The notes under the pieces: model-generated | Database searches by the model: none | The model's input: the letters and a program-made list of their open reading frames with translations, nothing else | What the model was told of the DNA's origin: nothing | Shown here: piece after piece, positions 49,189 to 59,670 of the stretch | How the letters are laid out: the number at the start of each line of letters is the position of its first letter | Position numbering within the stretch: the first letter of the stretch is position 1 | Made by a program: the position numbers and the translations under genes | From: a virus | Lineage: Duplodnaviria; Caudoviricetes | Strand: one strand, 5' to 3' | Virus record (IMG/VR): IMGVR_UViG_3300032167_003270 | Coordinates: 32,001 to 96,000 of that record | Length of the DNA stretch: 64,000 nucleotides

Positions 49189-51567
49189 TTATATTTTTAA
49201 ATTTAATTTTAACTTATTTGGTTTTAAATCAATTAAAGGAATATTATCCACAATAGTAATATCTTGTGCTGTGATTAAATATTTAGTTTCTTCATTGAAA
49301 TTACTAATATGTTTCTTTTTAGTATTATTATAAATACTAATAATTTCTCTAATATCTATATCGGAATTATTTACAATATGTGTATATATTGTATCTGCTG
49401 CCGACTGTTCTAAATTAAAACCGTCTTTAATAGCCAAATTTGCAAAAATTTGATATAATTGCATAGCGTCATATTTAGGAAATTCATAAATCATAGTAAA
49501 TAATGATTTAATACTATCAATATAATTAGATGGTGTATCTGCAATAACAATAGTAACATCATTATTTTCATTTAAGGCTGTTATAATAGCAGATAATGCC
49601 TCTTGTGAATAAGAATCTTTATTTTCTGTAAGAATGTTAATATTCTTAATAAATAAAACCCCACCACTAGCATATGAAATAATTGACTCGGCTCTTCTAC
49701 TTGTATGTCCTACATAAGAACCTTTTAAAAATTCAGCAGATATTTCAAGATATTTATTCTCTTGAATATATCCAAATTGATATAAATATCCTGTTAAAAC
49801 TTTAACTAATGATTTCTTTCCACAACCATCTTGTCCAATAAATAAAATCTTCTGTTGATTTACAGTATCATAAAAATCCTTTTGACCTTTTAATAAATTC
49901 ATTTCGTCTTTGAAAGTTTCTAATCCAACAAATTGTTCTAAATCTTCACTAGGATTTTCTGAACCATTCTTTAATTTAGATTTTAATTCAGCAAGTCTAA
50001 TAATAGATTCATCTAATTGATTTCCAGCAGAAGAATTTCTTAATTCGTGTTGTAAAATATTCTTTCTATCATTTACATAAGGAATTACATCATCTAATGT
50101 AATAATATTACTAACTTTATTTTTATTATTCATATTTCTATCCGCAAAATAGTCCATAATACCATCAACAGCATTTCTAACTGTTCTAGCATTACCAAAT
50201 GATTTAGACTTCTTTTCTAATGTAAATAAGTTTAATAATTCTTCCTTTGCATCGTCATCTACTATATAAGACTTACCATTATAATTACCAATAAATGAAT
50301 TGAAAATATTCAACATTTCAGTTTCAGTATAATCTGGGAAATATAAAGTATGTTTAATACGAGAACTAAATCCCTCATTAGACGCAATAAGTTTAGTCAT
50401 TTGTTCTTCATATCCTGCTAAAATACAAACAAAATCACTTCTATGGTCTTCCATTGCTTTTAATAAAACACCTGTAGCATCAGCACCCATACCGTTTTTA
50501 TCATATAATAAGTATGCCTCATCAATAAATAATACTCCACCCATAGCATAATCTAATATTGCAGATGCTCTAGCAGTATTTCCTGAACGAAGATAATCTC
50601 CACTAATTTCAACATATTGATTTTTCTTAATATAACCAATATCATATAAAATACCTGTTATAATTCTAGCAATACAAGTTTTACCTACACCAGCAGAACC
50701 CATAAAAGCCATATGATTTCCATTATTATTAGAATTTCCATAGAATTTCATTCTATTTTCTAATTTTTTAATTTGGTCTTTTACAGTATCAAGACCTATC
50801 ATAGCGTTTAAATCTTTTGCAGAGTCTTTTGAACCCTCTATAGTTTTAGACTTTATATCTTGTGGTAAATCTGGATTATTTAATACATCTTGTGGTATAT
50901 CACTTTCTTCTGTATTATCTTCAACTTGTACTGTTCCCTCTAATAAATGATTTGAATATGGTGTATCAAACATAATTTTAAGATATGGTGTTTCACTATT
51001 TTTAACTACAACTTCTTCACATACATTAAATGCAAGTTCTGGTTCTAAATTTTGTCTAGTGAAATATACTCTTGCTAATGTACTAATTCTATCATAACTC
51101 CTAAAATTAGGTGGTACTGTTTTAATCATATCTAAAATAAGTTTTTCATATTTAGCAATTTTCTTTTTCATAGAAGAAAAAGTAGCCATATTACTAAAGA
51201 TTACAAATAAAATAGACACAACAAGTGCAATAACACCTATAATAATAGCAGGTTTAATACTATCTACACCGTGTTTTGTCATTGCAGTCCATTTATTTGC
51301 GTGTTTACTAAATGTAAAACATATCCAAGCAGCAAGCATTGCAATACCCGTTGCAATAAAAATTCCACCAAGATTTCCTAAAAGTAATTTTGGTAAATAC
51401 TTACCAAATCTCTCTTTATTATAAAAACCTGTTTTATAAGGCTTTGTATAATCTGCTGAAATATTATATTTCTTGTGAAATTTAAACATTGCTTGTTCAT
51501 ATTGCTTGACTTGTTCGGCTCTTTCATCTAATTGAAAGTACCATTTTTGTAAATCTTTCATTTCCAT
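49189..51567 (-). CDS. membrane-anchored tandem AAA+ ATPase (SpoVK/CbbX/EccA family)
   Basis: two TM helices; IGLDTVK, GSAGVGKT, GGVLFIDEAY, ILAGY, FGNARTVRN; second degenerate AAA domain (GQDGCGKK). Confidence 0.88.
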   Translation of the reverse strand: MEMKDLQKWYFQLDERAEQVKQYEQAMFKFHKKYNISADYTKPYKTGFYNKERFGKYLPKLLLGNLGGIFIATGIAMLAAWICFTFSKHANKWTAMTKHGVDSIKPAIIIGVIALVVSILFVIFSNMATFSSMKKKIAKYEKLILDMIKTVPPNFRSYDRISTLARVYFTRQNLEPELAFNVCEEVVVKNSETPYLKIMFDTPYSNHLLEGTVQVEDNTEESDIPQDVLNNPDLPQDIKSKTIEGSKDSAKDLNAMIGLDTVKDQIKKLENRMKFYGNSNNNGNHMAFMGSAGVGKTCIARIITGILYDIGYIKKNQYVEISGDYLRSGNTARASAILDYAMGGVLFIDEAYLLYDKNGMGADATGVLLKAMEDHRSDFVCILAGYEEQMTKLIASNEGFSSRIKHTLYFPDYTETEMLNIFNSFIGNYNGKSYIVDDDAKEELLNLFTLEKKSKSFGNARTVRNAVDGIMDYFADRNMNNKNKVSNIITLDDVIPYVNDRKNILQHELRNSSAGNQLDESIIRLAELKSKLKNGSENPSEDLEQFVGLETFKDEMNLLKGQKDFYDTVNQQKILFIGQDGCGKKSLVKVLTGYLYQFGYIQENKYLEISAEFLKGSYVGHTSRRAESIISYASGGVLFIKNINILTENKDSYSQEALSAIITALNENNDVTIVIADTPSNYIDSIKSLFTMIYEFPKYDAMQLYQIFANLAIKDGFNLEQSAADTIYTHIVNNSDIDIREIISIYNNTKKKHISNFNEETKYLITAQDITIVDNIPLIDLKPNKLKLNLKI

Positions 51568-51597
51568 AAGTTTCCTCCAAATTAGTTTATTAACATT

Positions 51598-52182
51598 TTA
51601 AGTTTCATATTTGCCTGTATTAGTTGATATACAGAAACAAGGTAAATCTCCCATAGGGATAATTTCATTTATAATCATACCATTACAATAAAGTTCTACA
51701 TCATACATTTTCATTAAATATTCAATTCCATAAATATTTAACCAATATGTATTATCATCAACTTTTTGTGGCTCACTTTTAGTGATTACATTCTTGACAT
51801 AAATTCTTTTCACTCTATCTTCAAAATGAAAATCAAATACGTCAATTTCTCCCTCACTAATAATATCAACTTGTATCTCTACAGGTTCATTATAACAAAA
51901 TCTTTCAACAATGTATTTCTCTTTTGCAGATAAATCATCAGCATTTTCAATTTCATAATTCTCTTCTAAAGGTACAAAAGTACAGAATTTCTCTAATTCT
52001 TCTTTACCCTTTTCACACAAATTTTGAACATCTATAAGTAAAATATGTTTATAAGAACATATAAATTCTTTATCTGTATCATATATAATTTTACAAGAAT
52101 TTTCTTCGTGAGTTCTATGTACTTGCGTTACAATACTACCATCTCGCATTATATCGCCAACTTTAATATCTTTCCATTTCAT
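51598..52182 (-). CDS. free-standing intein core (IntM), candidate for system B
   Basis: MKWKDIKVGDIMRDGSIV, block B FICSYKHIL, block F LPCFCISTNTGKYET*; lacks block A and terminal HN. Confidence 0.8.
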   Translation of the reverse strand: MKWKDIKVGDIMRDGSIVTQVHRTHEENSCKIIYDTDKEFICSYKHILLIDVQNLCEKGKEELEKFCTFVPLEENYEIENADDLSAKEKYIVERFCYNEPVEIQVDIISEGEIDVFDFHFEDRVKRIYVKNVITKSEPQKVDDNTYWLNIYGIEYLMKMYDVELYCNGMIINEIIPMGDLPCFCISTNTGKYET

Positions 52183-52207
52183 TTTATTAAATTACCTCCA
52201 ATTAACT

Positions 52208-52621
52208 CTATTCCTTTTCTACAATTACATATCCATAATAAGAATAATCTGTACTACCAAATGATTCTCCCTCATAAAAATCGGCTTCTGTAGTACCATA
52301 ATTTATAGGTTCAGTAGTTAGATTTCGTTTTTCTAATATATAAGTAACATCATCATCTAACAAATCATTTGGAATTATTTTATTTACTAATAAATCTGCT
52401 AATGATACTTGCTCATTATTGATATAAATATAATCATTATCAAAATTTACCCTATCATAATTATAATTCCACTCATATATATAACCATTCCCTGCTTTAC
52501 CACCTTTTTTTCTTATTAAAGCAGTTCTTAAATTACCCTCTTTTTTAGTGTACTCAAAGATTTCTTTTTTAATTAACACTTTTAAATCTATTGTGTCGTC
52601 ACTTTTAGGAAAATATAACAT
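52208..52621 (-). CDS. hypothetical protein
   Basis: 137 aa. Confidence 0.6.
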   Translation of the reverse strand: MLYFPKSDDTIDLKVLIKKEIFEYTKKEGNLRTALIRKKGGKAGNGYIYEWNYNYDRVNFDNDYIYINNEQVSLADLLVNKIIPNDLLDDDVTYILEKRNLTTEPINYGTTEADFYEGESFGSTDYSYYGYVIVEKE

Positions 52622-52839
52622 AATTTTATCCCACCTATTCTAGTTTTACATATAAAATATTATCAGTTTCGATAACTAATATAAATCTACAATTTTTCCA
52701 TTTTCATCAAATTCAAAATCAGAGTGACCTAATTCGTGACTTTTGGTTTTAATTACACCATTCCCATTTTCCCAATTCTCTACTTCATAAGTAATTTTAA
52801 ATCGGTCACAAATTTTAATGATTATGTCTTTTTCTGTCA

Positions 52840-53256
52840 TTATTTAAATATCTCCTTAACTTTACCATATCTAGCATTTGTTCCAAAACAAGTAACTGTT
52901 TCTATACAATCTCTTTCTGTGGTTTTGTCTTTTACAATGTTTTTATTACCATCAGAATCAACTGTATATATACACCAATAAGAATCTTGACTATATTTAT
53001 CTGTAAATATTTCGTCTTCTATAAGTTCGATGTCAACTTTATCTAATATAACATCTTCCCATTGTCTAGGAGATAAAATTTGACAACCAATAGTTTTATT
53101 TACAATAGTAGTCCACATCCAATCTTGTCCTATATCAAAATAAATATTATCAATTTTATAATAACATCTATTAGGACTATCTCTATTTAACATTTTACAA
53201 AGCATTTCCAATCTAAAATATTCATTTGAATCCATTTCTAATACTTTCGGTTGCAT
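52840..53256 (-). CDS. hypothetical protein
   Basis: 138 aa. Confidence 0.65.
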   Translation of the reverse strand: MQPKVLEMDSNEYFRLEMLCKMLNRDSPNRCYYKIDNIYFDIGQDWMWTTIVNKTIGCQILSPRQWEDVILDKVDIELIEDEIFTDKYSQDSYWCIYTVDSDGNKNIVKDKTTERDCIETVTCFGTNARYGKVKEIFK

Positions 53257-53276
53257 AATTTATCTCCTTTCTTATT

Positions 53277-53561
53277 TTACTCACAATATTTATCAAAAAT
53301 TTCTTCGGTTACACCAATAGCGTCATAGAATTTATATAATTTATAAACATCTTCTTCCCAATATTTAGGGTCGTCATCATCAAATTCTGCTATTTCATCA
53401 AATAAATCATCTGCTAAATTCTGGTCAAAGCATTTAAGGTCAATACAAAAATCTAATAATTCAAAAAATCCCCTTTCTTGAATATAATATACTGCGTCTT
53501 TTAAATCTTTTTCTTTTCTTAATGGTTGTACTTTTTCTAACAATTCTTCTAAATGCTCCAT
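53277..53561 (-). CDS. hypothetical acidic protein
   Basis: 94 aa. Confidence 0.6.
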   Translation of the reverse strand: MEHLEELLEKVQPLRKEKDLKDAVYYIQERGFFELLDFCIDLKCFDQNLADDLFDEIAEFDDDDPKYWEEDVYKLYKFYDAIGVTEEIFDKYCE

Positions 53562-53567
53562 AATAAA

Positions 53568-54026
53568 TTACTCCATTTCTGCATTAAATAAGTTAATATA
53601 GTTAATTTCTTCTTCGTTAGCAGAAAATTTTGACTGTAATTCTGCCTTTGTATATTCTTCAAGACTATTAGTGTCTTTAAAATAATTACAAATATCTTTA
53701 ATACTATTATATAATTTTGTATAATTTAATTTAAGTGCTAAATCTGCCCAATCGCACAAATAAGCCTCAATAAAATTGTTTAAATCTTCTGTTGAAACAT
53801 CGTAATCGTCCTCTAATGAAAAATCTATCATATAGTCCATAAAATAATCAACACATACATCAGGAACAACTAAAGATTTTGTATCTCCAACTTTAGCGTG
53901 GTCATATATTCCATAATCCCAAGATTTATCTCCAAAACGATATTCAGAAAATAAATAAACATTATCATTATAATAAACTAAATATAATTCACTAGAAAAG
54001 AAGTTAATTACATCATCAATATACAT
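53568..54026 (-). CDS. hypothetical acidic protein
   Basis: 152 aa. Confidence 0.65.
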   Translation of the reverse strand: MYIDDVINFFSSELYLVYYNDNVYLFSEYRFGDKSWDYGIYDHAKVGDTKSLVVPDVCVDYFMDYMIDFSLEDDYDVSTEDLNNFIEAYLCDWADLALKLNYTKLYNSIKDICNYFKDTNSLEEYTKAELQSKFSANEEEINYINLFNAEME

Positions 54027-54039
54027 ATAATATCCCCCC

Positions 54040-54438
54040 TTAATTTAATCTATATTTTTCTTTAAGTTCCGTCATCTTTAAGAAATGTTCATAACCTAAA
54101 AATTCAGAATTTTCAGATGCAGTTTTATAACATTTTAAAATTGTTTGATAATATTCTTGCATCCATTCATCAGGTTGTTCAAACATACATTCAAACATTT
54201 TAGCAACAATCTCTTCTTCTGACCATCCTGCAATAGGATTTTCAATTATGATACTATTTTTATTTAATCTAGCCTCACAATTATCTCCGTCTTCATAAAA
54301 ATTAAGACCATTACTATCATTTGTGTGATATGATATATATTTATATTCTCCAACATCTTTTGGAACTCTATAAATATTATTTAATACAACACAATCACTT
54401 GTTTCTAATCCATCAGGTAAAATAAGAACTGCTGACAT
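54040..54438 (-). CDS. hypothetical protein
   Basis: 132 aa. Confidence 0.65.
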   Translation of the reverse strand: MSAVLILPDGLETSDCVVLNNIYRVPKDVGEYKYISYHTNDSNGLNFYEDGDNCEARLNKNSIIIENPIAGWSEEEIVAKMFECMFEQPDEWMQEYYQTILKCYKTASENSEFLGYEHFLKMTELKEKYRLN

Positions 54439-54448
54439 AATATCCCCC

Positions 54449-54793
54449 CTATTTCACATATTCTTTTTGTGTTTCTAATGGTAATTCTTCAAATAATTCG
54501 TCAATTACACAAACATAATAATCTGCCTCGGCATCTCCTAAACAATAAGCGTCTGCGTCACTGATATTATTATAGATATATTCTGCTAATTCATCTGTTG
54601 AATAATCTTCTAAACATTTGTCATCTTTCATATATAAAAAATAAAACCAATACTCACCAATTTCACATTTAGCCCAATCATCACAATCATCATCCCAAGC
54701 ATCTACCCAAACTCTTATTTTTTGATTATCTAATAATGCCATAATTTTATCAATATAAACATTACTTAACATAATTATTTTACTCCTTTCCAT
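54449..54793 (-). CDS. hypothetical acidic protein
   Basis: 114 aa. Confidence 0.6.
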   Translation of the reverse strand: MERSKIIMLSNVYIDKIMALLDNQKIRVWVDAWDDDCDDWAKCEIGEYWFYFLYMKDDKCLEDYSTDELAEYIYNNISDADAYCLGDAEADYYVCVIDELFEELPLETQKEYVK

Positions 54794-54855
54794 AAAAGAA
54801 ATATGGGTGTTTGTTAAATTATTTTATAACATCCACCCTTATAATTAAATAGTAT

Positions 54856-55038
54856 TTAATTTAACTTACTAATGGCTACTTTAAAAGTATCTCCCATAGT
54901 ATTAGAAACAGTAATTTCATCAGCATTATTAAAAGTGACCTTACCATTTAATAAGTCCTTAAATTCCTGTGCTGCCATTCTAGGAGTTCTCTTATCAATA
55001 GTCATTTCTTCATTTGCGTATCTTACTTTGTAATTCAT
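54856..55038 (-). CDS. hypothetical protein
   Basis: 60 aa, GAAAGGAA RBS. Confidence 0.55.
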   Translation of the reverse strand: MNYKVRYANEEMTIDKRTPRMAAQEFKDLLNGKVTFNNADEITVSNTMGDTFKVAISKLN

Positions 55039-55063
55039 TTTTATAAATTCCTTTCTTAATAAT

Positions 55064-55447
55064 TTATTGTAATTTTCTCATAGATAATTCTTTACATCTA
55101 CTAAAACCAATATTTGAATTTTCTCCCCTAAAAGTATCACGGATTTCTTCAATATAATTATATTTAGCCTTTAATTCTTCAATATCGTCAGTAATAGAAA
55201 TCCATTGACTATCATCTAAATCTTTTAAATGAAAACAATCATATTTTTCATAAAAATCTAATGCTAGTCCATTTAATAAATCTGCTTGACATTGACCACA
55301 TCTATTATAATCAGTTTTTGGTTGATTAAATTCACAAGCACTTGTAGAAAAATATGGTGACTGATTAGAACCTAATGTATAATATTTTACTTCAAAGATA
55401 ATTTTTCTTGATATTTGAAATACATATAAAAATTCATATTTTTGCAT
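55064..55447 (-). CDS. hypothetical protein
   Basis: 127 aa. Confidence 0.65.
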   Translation of the reverse strand: MQKYEFLYVFQISRKIIFEVKYYTLGSNQSPYFSTSACEFNQPKTDYNRCGQCQADLLNGLALDFYEKYDCFHLKDLDDSQWISITDDIEELKAKYNYIEEIRDTFRGENSNIGFSRCKELSMRKLQ

Positions 55448-55462
55448 AATAAGTCATTCCTT

Positions 55463-55882
55463 TCATTTAGATACTAATTCAAATTTATAATCATTAGTTC
55501 TCCAATCAAAAGATGCCATTATCCAAATATCTGAATCTGCGTCATATTCGTCACCATTTCCCCAACCATCATCAATTTGATAATTAGCAAAACCTTGTTG
55601 TTCAAAGCCCTCTCCAAGACCATCTGAATTTTGACCAGAAACCCAATTACTAATAGACATTAATTCTAAATCAGATAATTCAACAGTAGTTTCTAATTCA
55701 ATATAACCAGATTGTTCATCTTGTAATATCCAAGCAATATTAGTTACACTATTTCTAGTTGATTGTGAAATACGATTATCGTCTTTTAAATATTTAGTCA
55801 TATCGTCTTCTGATAAATATTCTTGTGCATCATTTATATCCAAAACAGGATATTCTAATTTAAAATAAGTTCTATAAATCAT
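55463..55882 (-). CDS. hypothetical protein with GQxSDGxGEGFEQ motif
   Basis: WVSGQNSDGLGEGFEQ. Confidence 0.7.
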   Translation of the reverse strand: MIYRTYFKLEYPVLDINDAQEYLSEDDMTKYLKDDNRISQSTRNSVTNIAWILQDEQSGYIELETTVELSDLELMSISNWVSGQNSDGLGEGFEQQGFANYQIDDGWGNGDEYDADSDIWIMASFDWRTNDYKFELVSK

Positions 55883-55899
55883 ATTTTTATTCTCCTACT

Positions 55900-56109
55900 T
55901 TATTTATCTTGCATAACTTTAACAATAGTTTTAGATTTAACTTTCCACAAATGAGGATATTCATAAACTAAACATTCATCATTAAAGTTAGATAAAGGAC
56001 AATCTTCACATTTACGATTTCTTTGATTACAAAAATCGTGAATTATGACTAATGCCTTTGAAACCTCTTCTAATGATATTTCATCATTATCTGTTAATAA
56101 TTTACCCAT
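55900..56109 (-). CDS. small Cys-rich protein
   Basis: FC...CEDCPL...C. Confidence 0.55.
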   Translation of the reverse strand: MGKLLTDNDEISLEEVSKALVIIHDFCNQRNRKCEDCPLSNFNDECLVYEYPHLWKVKSKTIVKVMQDK

Positions 56110-56141
56110 ATTCAGTCAAGATTCCATCCTTTCTGCAAGTA

Positions 56142-56528
56142 TTATAAATCGCTAATATTCTCAATTAAATAATTACAGAAATTTACCATAACATCTTCAA
56201 TAGAATCTTCAAAATTTGCACCAATATCTTGTACAAAATATAAAAATTCATCTGATTTTACTAAATATTTAGTACCATTTATAATTAGAACATCATCTAT
56301 AAATTCCATTTCAACTTCGGAATATTTAATTTCTTCAATGTCTAATGGTCTATCAAAATGAATATCTATCCAATCATTATAAATGTTTTGTGACGCACAA
56401 TTATAATATTTACCATTGAGTATAAAATCAATTACTCTAAACTTAAATTTAGAATAATCCCCACTCATAGCAAACGAACAATTATACTTAACCTTTTCTG
56501 CCATATAAAACCCTCCCTTAAAAATCAC
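56142..56528 (-). CDS. hypothetical protein
   Basis: true start probably MAEKVK after GGAGG. Confidence 0.6.
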   Translation of the reverse strand: MIFKGGFYMAEKVKYNCSFAMSGDYSKFKFRVIDFILNGKYYNCASQNIYNDWIDIHFDRPLDIEEIKYSEVEMEFIDDVLIINGTKYLVKSDEFLYFVQDIGANFEDSIEDVMVNFCNYLIENISDL

Positions 56529-56881
56529 ATTGAAAAATCAATGTATATATTAAACATATTAGTTCTGCATAATAATCGTACAGTTTCATTTTTCATTGCA
56601 AATAAAAATGACTCATTTCGTTTTCCATATTCACTTGGTTTATATCTTCCGTGCATAGAAAATTTTGCATAATCTTCATATGGAGTACCAAATTGAAGAA
56701 AACCTTTTTCGTCAATTCTAAAAGCAAATTGTCCTGTATCAAATTCTTTTGCTTTTTTAAAGTATAAATCCAAATTTTCCTTTTTATCTTTTAAACCCTC
56801 GTGAGTTATATAATACATTTTTCTAAAAGACTCTATGATATTATGTACTTCATTCGGACTTATACTATCACTATAATACAT
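56525..56881 (-). CDS. hypothetical protein
   Basis: 118 aa. Confidence 0.6.
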   Translation of the reverse strand: MYYSDSISPNEVHNIIESFRKMYYITHEGLKDKKENLDLYFKKAKEFDTGQFAFRIDEKGFLQFGTPYEDYAKFSMHGRYKPSEYGKRNESFLFAMKNETVRLLCRTNMFNIYIDFSM

Positions 56882-56885
56882 TTTA

Positions 56886-57413
56886 TTAAATTCCTCTCTT
56901 TATAATAGTATCAGAAAATTCCTTTATTGCAAAGTAATCCATTTCCTTTATATTATCATATTCTAAATCTGATAGTCCAATAATAATTATGGATTGATTT
57001 ATATAATCTTCATAAAAATCAACTTTACCTATAATTGCTTTATTTGGAACAACTTCACTTTGTATATATATTTCTTTAAACATATCTAATAATTCAACTC
57101 TATTAGATATAAAAGTATGACCATTTAAACCATTATGTGTTAATCGTTCATTTATAAGTAGATAATGATTATAATTACCCACTAAATTTAATACCATAGC
57201 GTCTAAATCATCTTCAAAAATTTCTTCTGAATTATAATCTATTGCACTAGATGGAATATTAAACTTTTTTATCTGATTTACACTTAATGTTGCCATTTCT
57301 ATATCTCTATTATCATATTCAAGATATATAAGTTCCTTAATTTCATCTGATAATTTTGATAAATTTACATTATAAGTTGTACAACTACCAATAATTCCTA
57401 ACATATTTTCCAC
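56886..57413 (-). CDS. hypothetical protein
   Basis: 175 aa. Confidence 0.6.
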   Translation of the reverse strand: MENMLGIIGSCTTYNVNLSKLSDEIKELIYLEYDNRDIEMATLSVNQIKKFNIPSSAIDYNSEEIFEDDLDAMVLNLVGNYNHYLLINERLTHNGLNGHTFISNRVELLDMFKEIYIQSEVVPNKAIIGKVDFYEDYINQSIIIIGLSDLEYDNIKEMDYFAIKEFSDTIIKRGI

Positions 57414-57418
57414 ATCCT

Positions 57419-57766
57419 TTAATTTTTTACAATAATAAACGAGTCATCTTTAGTAAGGGCAAAATATCCCCAAGTACCAAAAATTAATTTATCTTCAATA
57501 CTTGTAATCTCTCCTGCTAAAAACTTACCTGTTTTATTTAATATTTCATAAGGGTATGATTCATTTTTCACAGCAAAAATGACTGCTAAATCGCCTATAT
57601 TTGCTTTATTTATATCAGTTTCGGATTTCATAGATAAAATTCTTGCCTGAACTACATACCCATTACACTCATCACAACATCTTTCTTTTTCATTTCCTTT
57701 TGCAACTAATGGAATCGGATTATTTCCAAATTTGTTTATTTCTTTTCCACAAATAATACATTTCAT
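57419..57766 (-). CDS. Zn-finger hypothetical protein
   Basis: CIICG...GNNPxP...CCDECN. Confidence 0.65.
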   Translation of the reverse strand: MKCIICGKEINKFGNNPIPLVAKGNEKERCCDECNGYVVQARILSMKSETDINKANIGDLAVIFAVKNESYPYEILNKTGKFLAGEITSIEDKLIFGTWGYFALTKDDSFIIVKN

Positions 57767-57780
57767 ATTATAAATCTCCT

Positions 57781-58743
57781 TTATAATCGCAATCTAATTC
57801 TTTGCTTTTTTGGTTGTTTTATAGGTTTTAATTTAATAACAATATTAGATTTTCTAAATTTCTCTCTATTACAATACCAACATAGTGTTTCATAATTATC
57901 TTCTTCAATTTTACCACCATATTTCATTGATTTAATAGGAGAAATTCCTAAAAATAATGTTATGTCAACCAAATTATTTTTACCACAACTACAACAAGTA
58001 TAATAATCTCTTTTTAAGATATTAGTTCTAAACTCTTCTGACATTGTTGGAGTTGTTTTATTTTTGTCTGATAGATATTTAATAAGTTTAACTAAATTTT
58101 CTTTATTTAAAATAATATCTATATTTTGAGTTCTACTCTTGAATGTATATTTAGGAAAATAAATATCCTCATTAATCTTATCAAAGTGTAATTTTTCATA
58201 TAATGTATCTAAATCTACCTTTGCATAGTCAGGAATTTTACAACTTATTTTAGAGAAAATATAGGCTCTTTTCTCTTTCAATAAATTAGTTCCATTTTCT
58301 ATTGATAGAAATATATTATACATTTCTTCAAATTTAGGTAAACAACTAACATTTATATCAAATTTCTCACATAAACAAGCAAAAGCTGAATATTTTGCAT
58401 AATCAATAATATCTGAATTGCACTCATATACAAATTTCTTGCTTACATCTTTAGATAAAACTTTCTTTTTTGGTATAATTTCATTGATACCTATACTTGG
58501 TATTTGTTGTTTTAATTCCCCTAAATATAAATTTAAATCATTAAACTCAATTACATCATTTAAAATATCATTCTTGATTTTAGAAAATTCAGTAGTTTTA
58601 AAGTATTTTAATACCTTTTTATCTATCTTCTTATCTTTAATTCTTTTACGCCATATAAATATGTTTGGTAATACAAATGCACCTAATAGAGTAACGATTA
58701 TACCTATTAGAATCCATACGAATACCATATCGTCATCTCTCAT
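57781..58743 (-). CDS. membrane-anchored protein with degenerate C-terminal HNH domain
   Basis: N-terminal TM; ILKRDYYTCCSCG...GG...NYETLCWYCN, catalytic His missing. Confidence 0.65.
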   Translation of the reverse strand: MRDDDMVFVWILIGIIVTLLGAFVLPNIFIWRKRIKDKKIDKKVLKYFKTTEFSKIKNDILNDVIEFNDLNLYLGELKQQIPSIGINEIIPKKKVLSKDVSKKFVYECNSDIIDYAKYSAFACLCEKFDINVSCLPKFEEMYNIFLSIENGTNLLKEKRAYIFSKISCKIPDYAKVDLDTLYEKLHFDKINEDIYFPKYTFKSRTQNIDIILNKENLVKLIKYLSDKNKTTPTMSEEFRTNILKRDYYTCCSCGKNNLVDITLFLGISPIKSMKYGGKIEEDNYETLCWYCNREKFRKSNIVIKLKPIKQPKKQRIRLRL

Positions 58744-58801
58744 AATTTCCCTTCTTTTATATCTTTTTTAAACTTATTATATCAAACTTTTTTTGAAATG
58801 T

Positions 58802-59371
58802 TTATAAACATTCTAATAATTCTTGATATAATTCATAATTACTTTCTTCTAATTCACAAATACACATAAATAAAAATTTATTTAATTGATGTTTTGTATT
58901 TACATAATCAGATTTTGAAACATCTCCATTTGTAAAATATATGAAAAATTCCATATCTTCTCTTGTAATATTAAAAATATCCATATCTCTAGTTCTAATT
59001 TTTACAGCATCAATAGAACCAACTTCTTTAATATTTCCGTCAGTTTCTACTGTGACTAAATTACAATTATCTACTTTCTTTAAAAACTTATGTAAACCAA
59101 CATCTAATGCCTCTTCCATATAATCAGATTCCATTTGGTTTCTACTCTCTGCCTCAAAACCATTTTGAAGTAAAAATTCTTTTATATGTCTTGTAGTTGT
59201 TTGTGTTGGCTCTCCATAATTTAATATAGTAGGTTTACCATTTTTTATAGTGGCAACTTTTGTATTATAACTAAATAATGTTTTATCCCCATTATCTTCT
59301 GTTACAACTGACGCTTTATTATAAAATGATGCTCTAGCGTCATATCTAGCCTCTAAATATTCCATAGTCAT
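58802..59371 (-). CDS. hypothetical protein with a divergent shared C-terminal domain
   Basis: SFYNKA...LFSYNTKVA N-domain; ends LYQELLECL. Confidence 0.7.
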   Translation of the reverse strand: MTMEYLEARYDARASFYNKASVVTEDNGDKTLFSYNTKVATIKNGKPTILNYGEPTQTTTRHIKEFLLQNGFEAESRNQMESDYMEEALDVGLHKFLKKVDNCNLVTVETDGNIKEVGSIDAVKIRTRDMDIFNITREDMEFFIYFTNGDVSKSDYVNTKHQLNKFLFMCICELEESNYELYQELLECL

Positions 59372-59458
59372 AATAAATACCCCCCTTAAAAAATAAAATG
59401 CCTAACACATTTGTATTAAGCATTTTTCACATTCATTCTATTATAATTAAATAGTATT

Positions 59459-59536
59459 TGCCAAACATATTATTTATGTTGTAGTGTTATATTTAATTAT
59501 TTATTATATTTATATCTAAATAAAGGTAACTTTTTT
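59459..59536. repeat. dispersed ~80 bp intergenic element, copy 2
   Basis: matches 29781-29860 at both ends. Confidence 0.55.
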
Positions 59537-59670
59537 ATAAATAGAGAATTGCTATGATAACTGCTGATATATTTACAATTCCCATAAGTAGTAAATAAAA
59601 TAAATTAAAATCTTTTTCTTCTTCTTTTTTCTTTTTACTCATAGCATATCTCTCCTTTATATTATTATTT

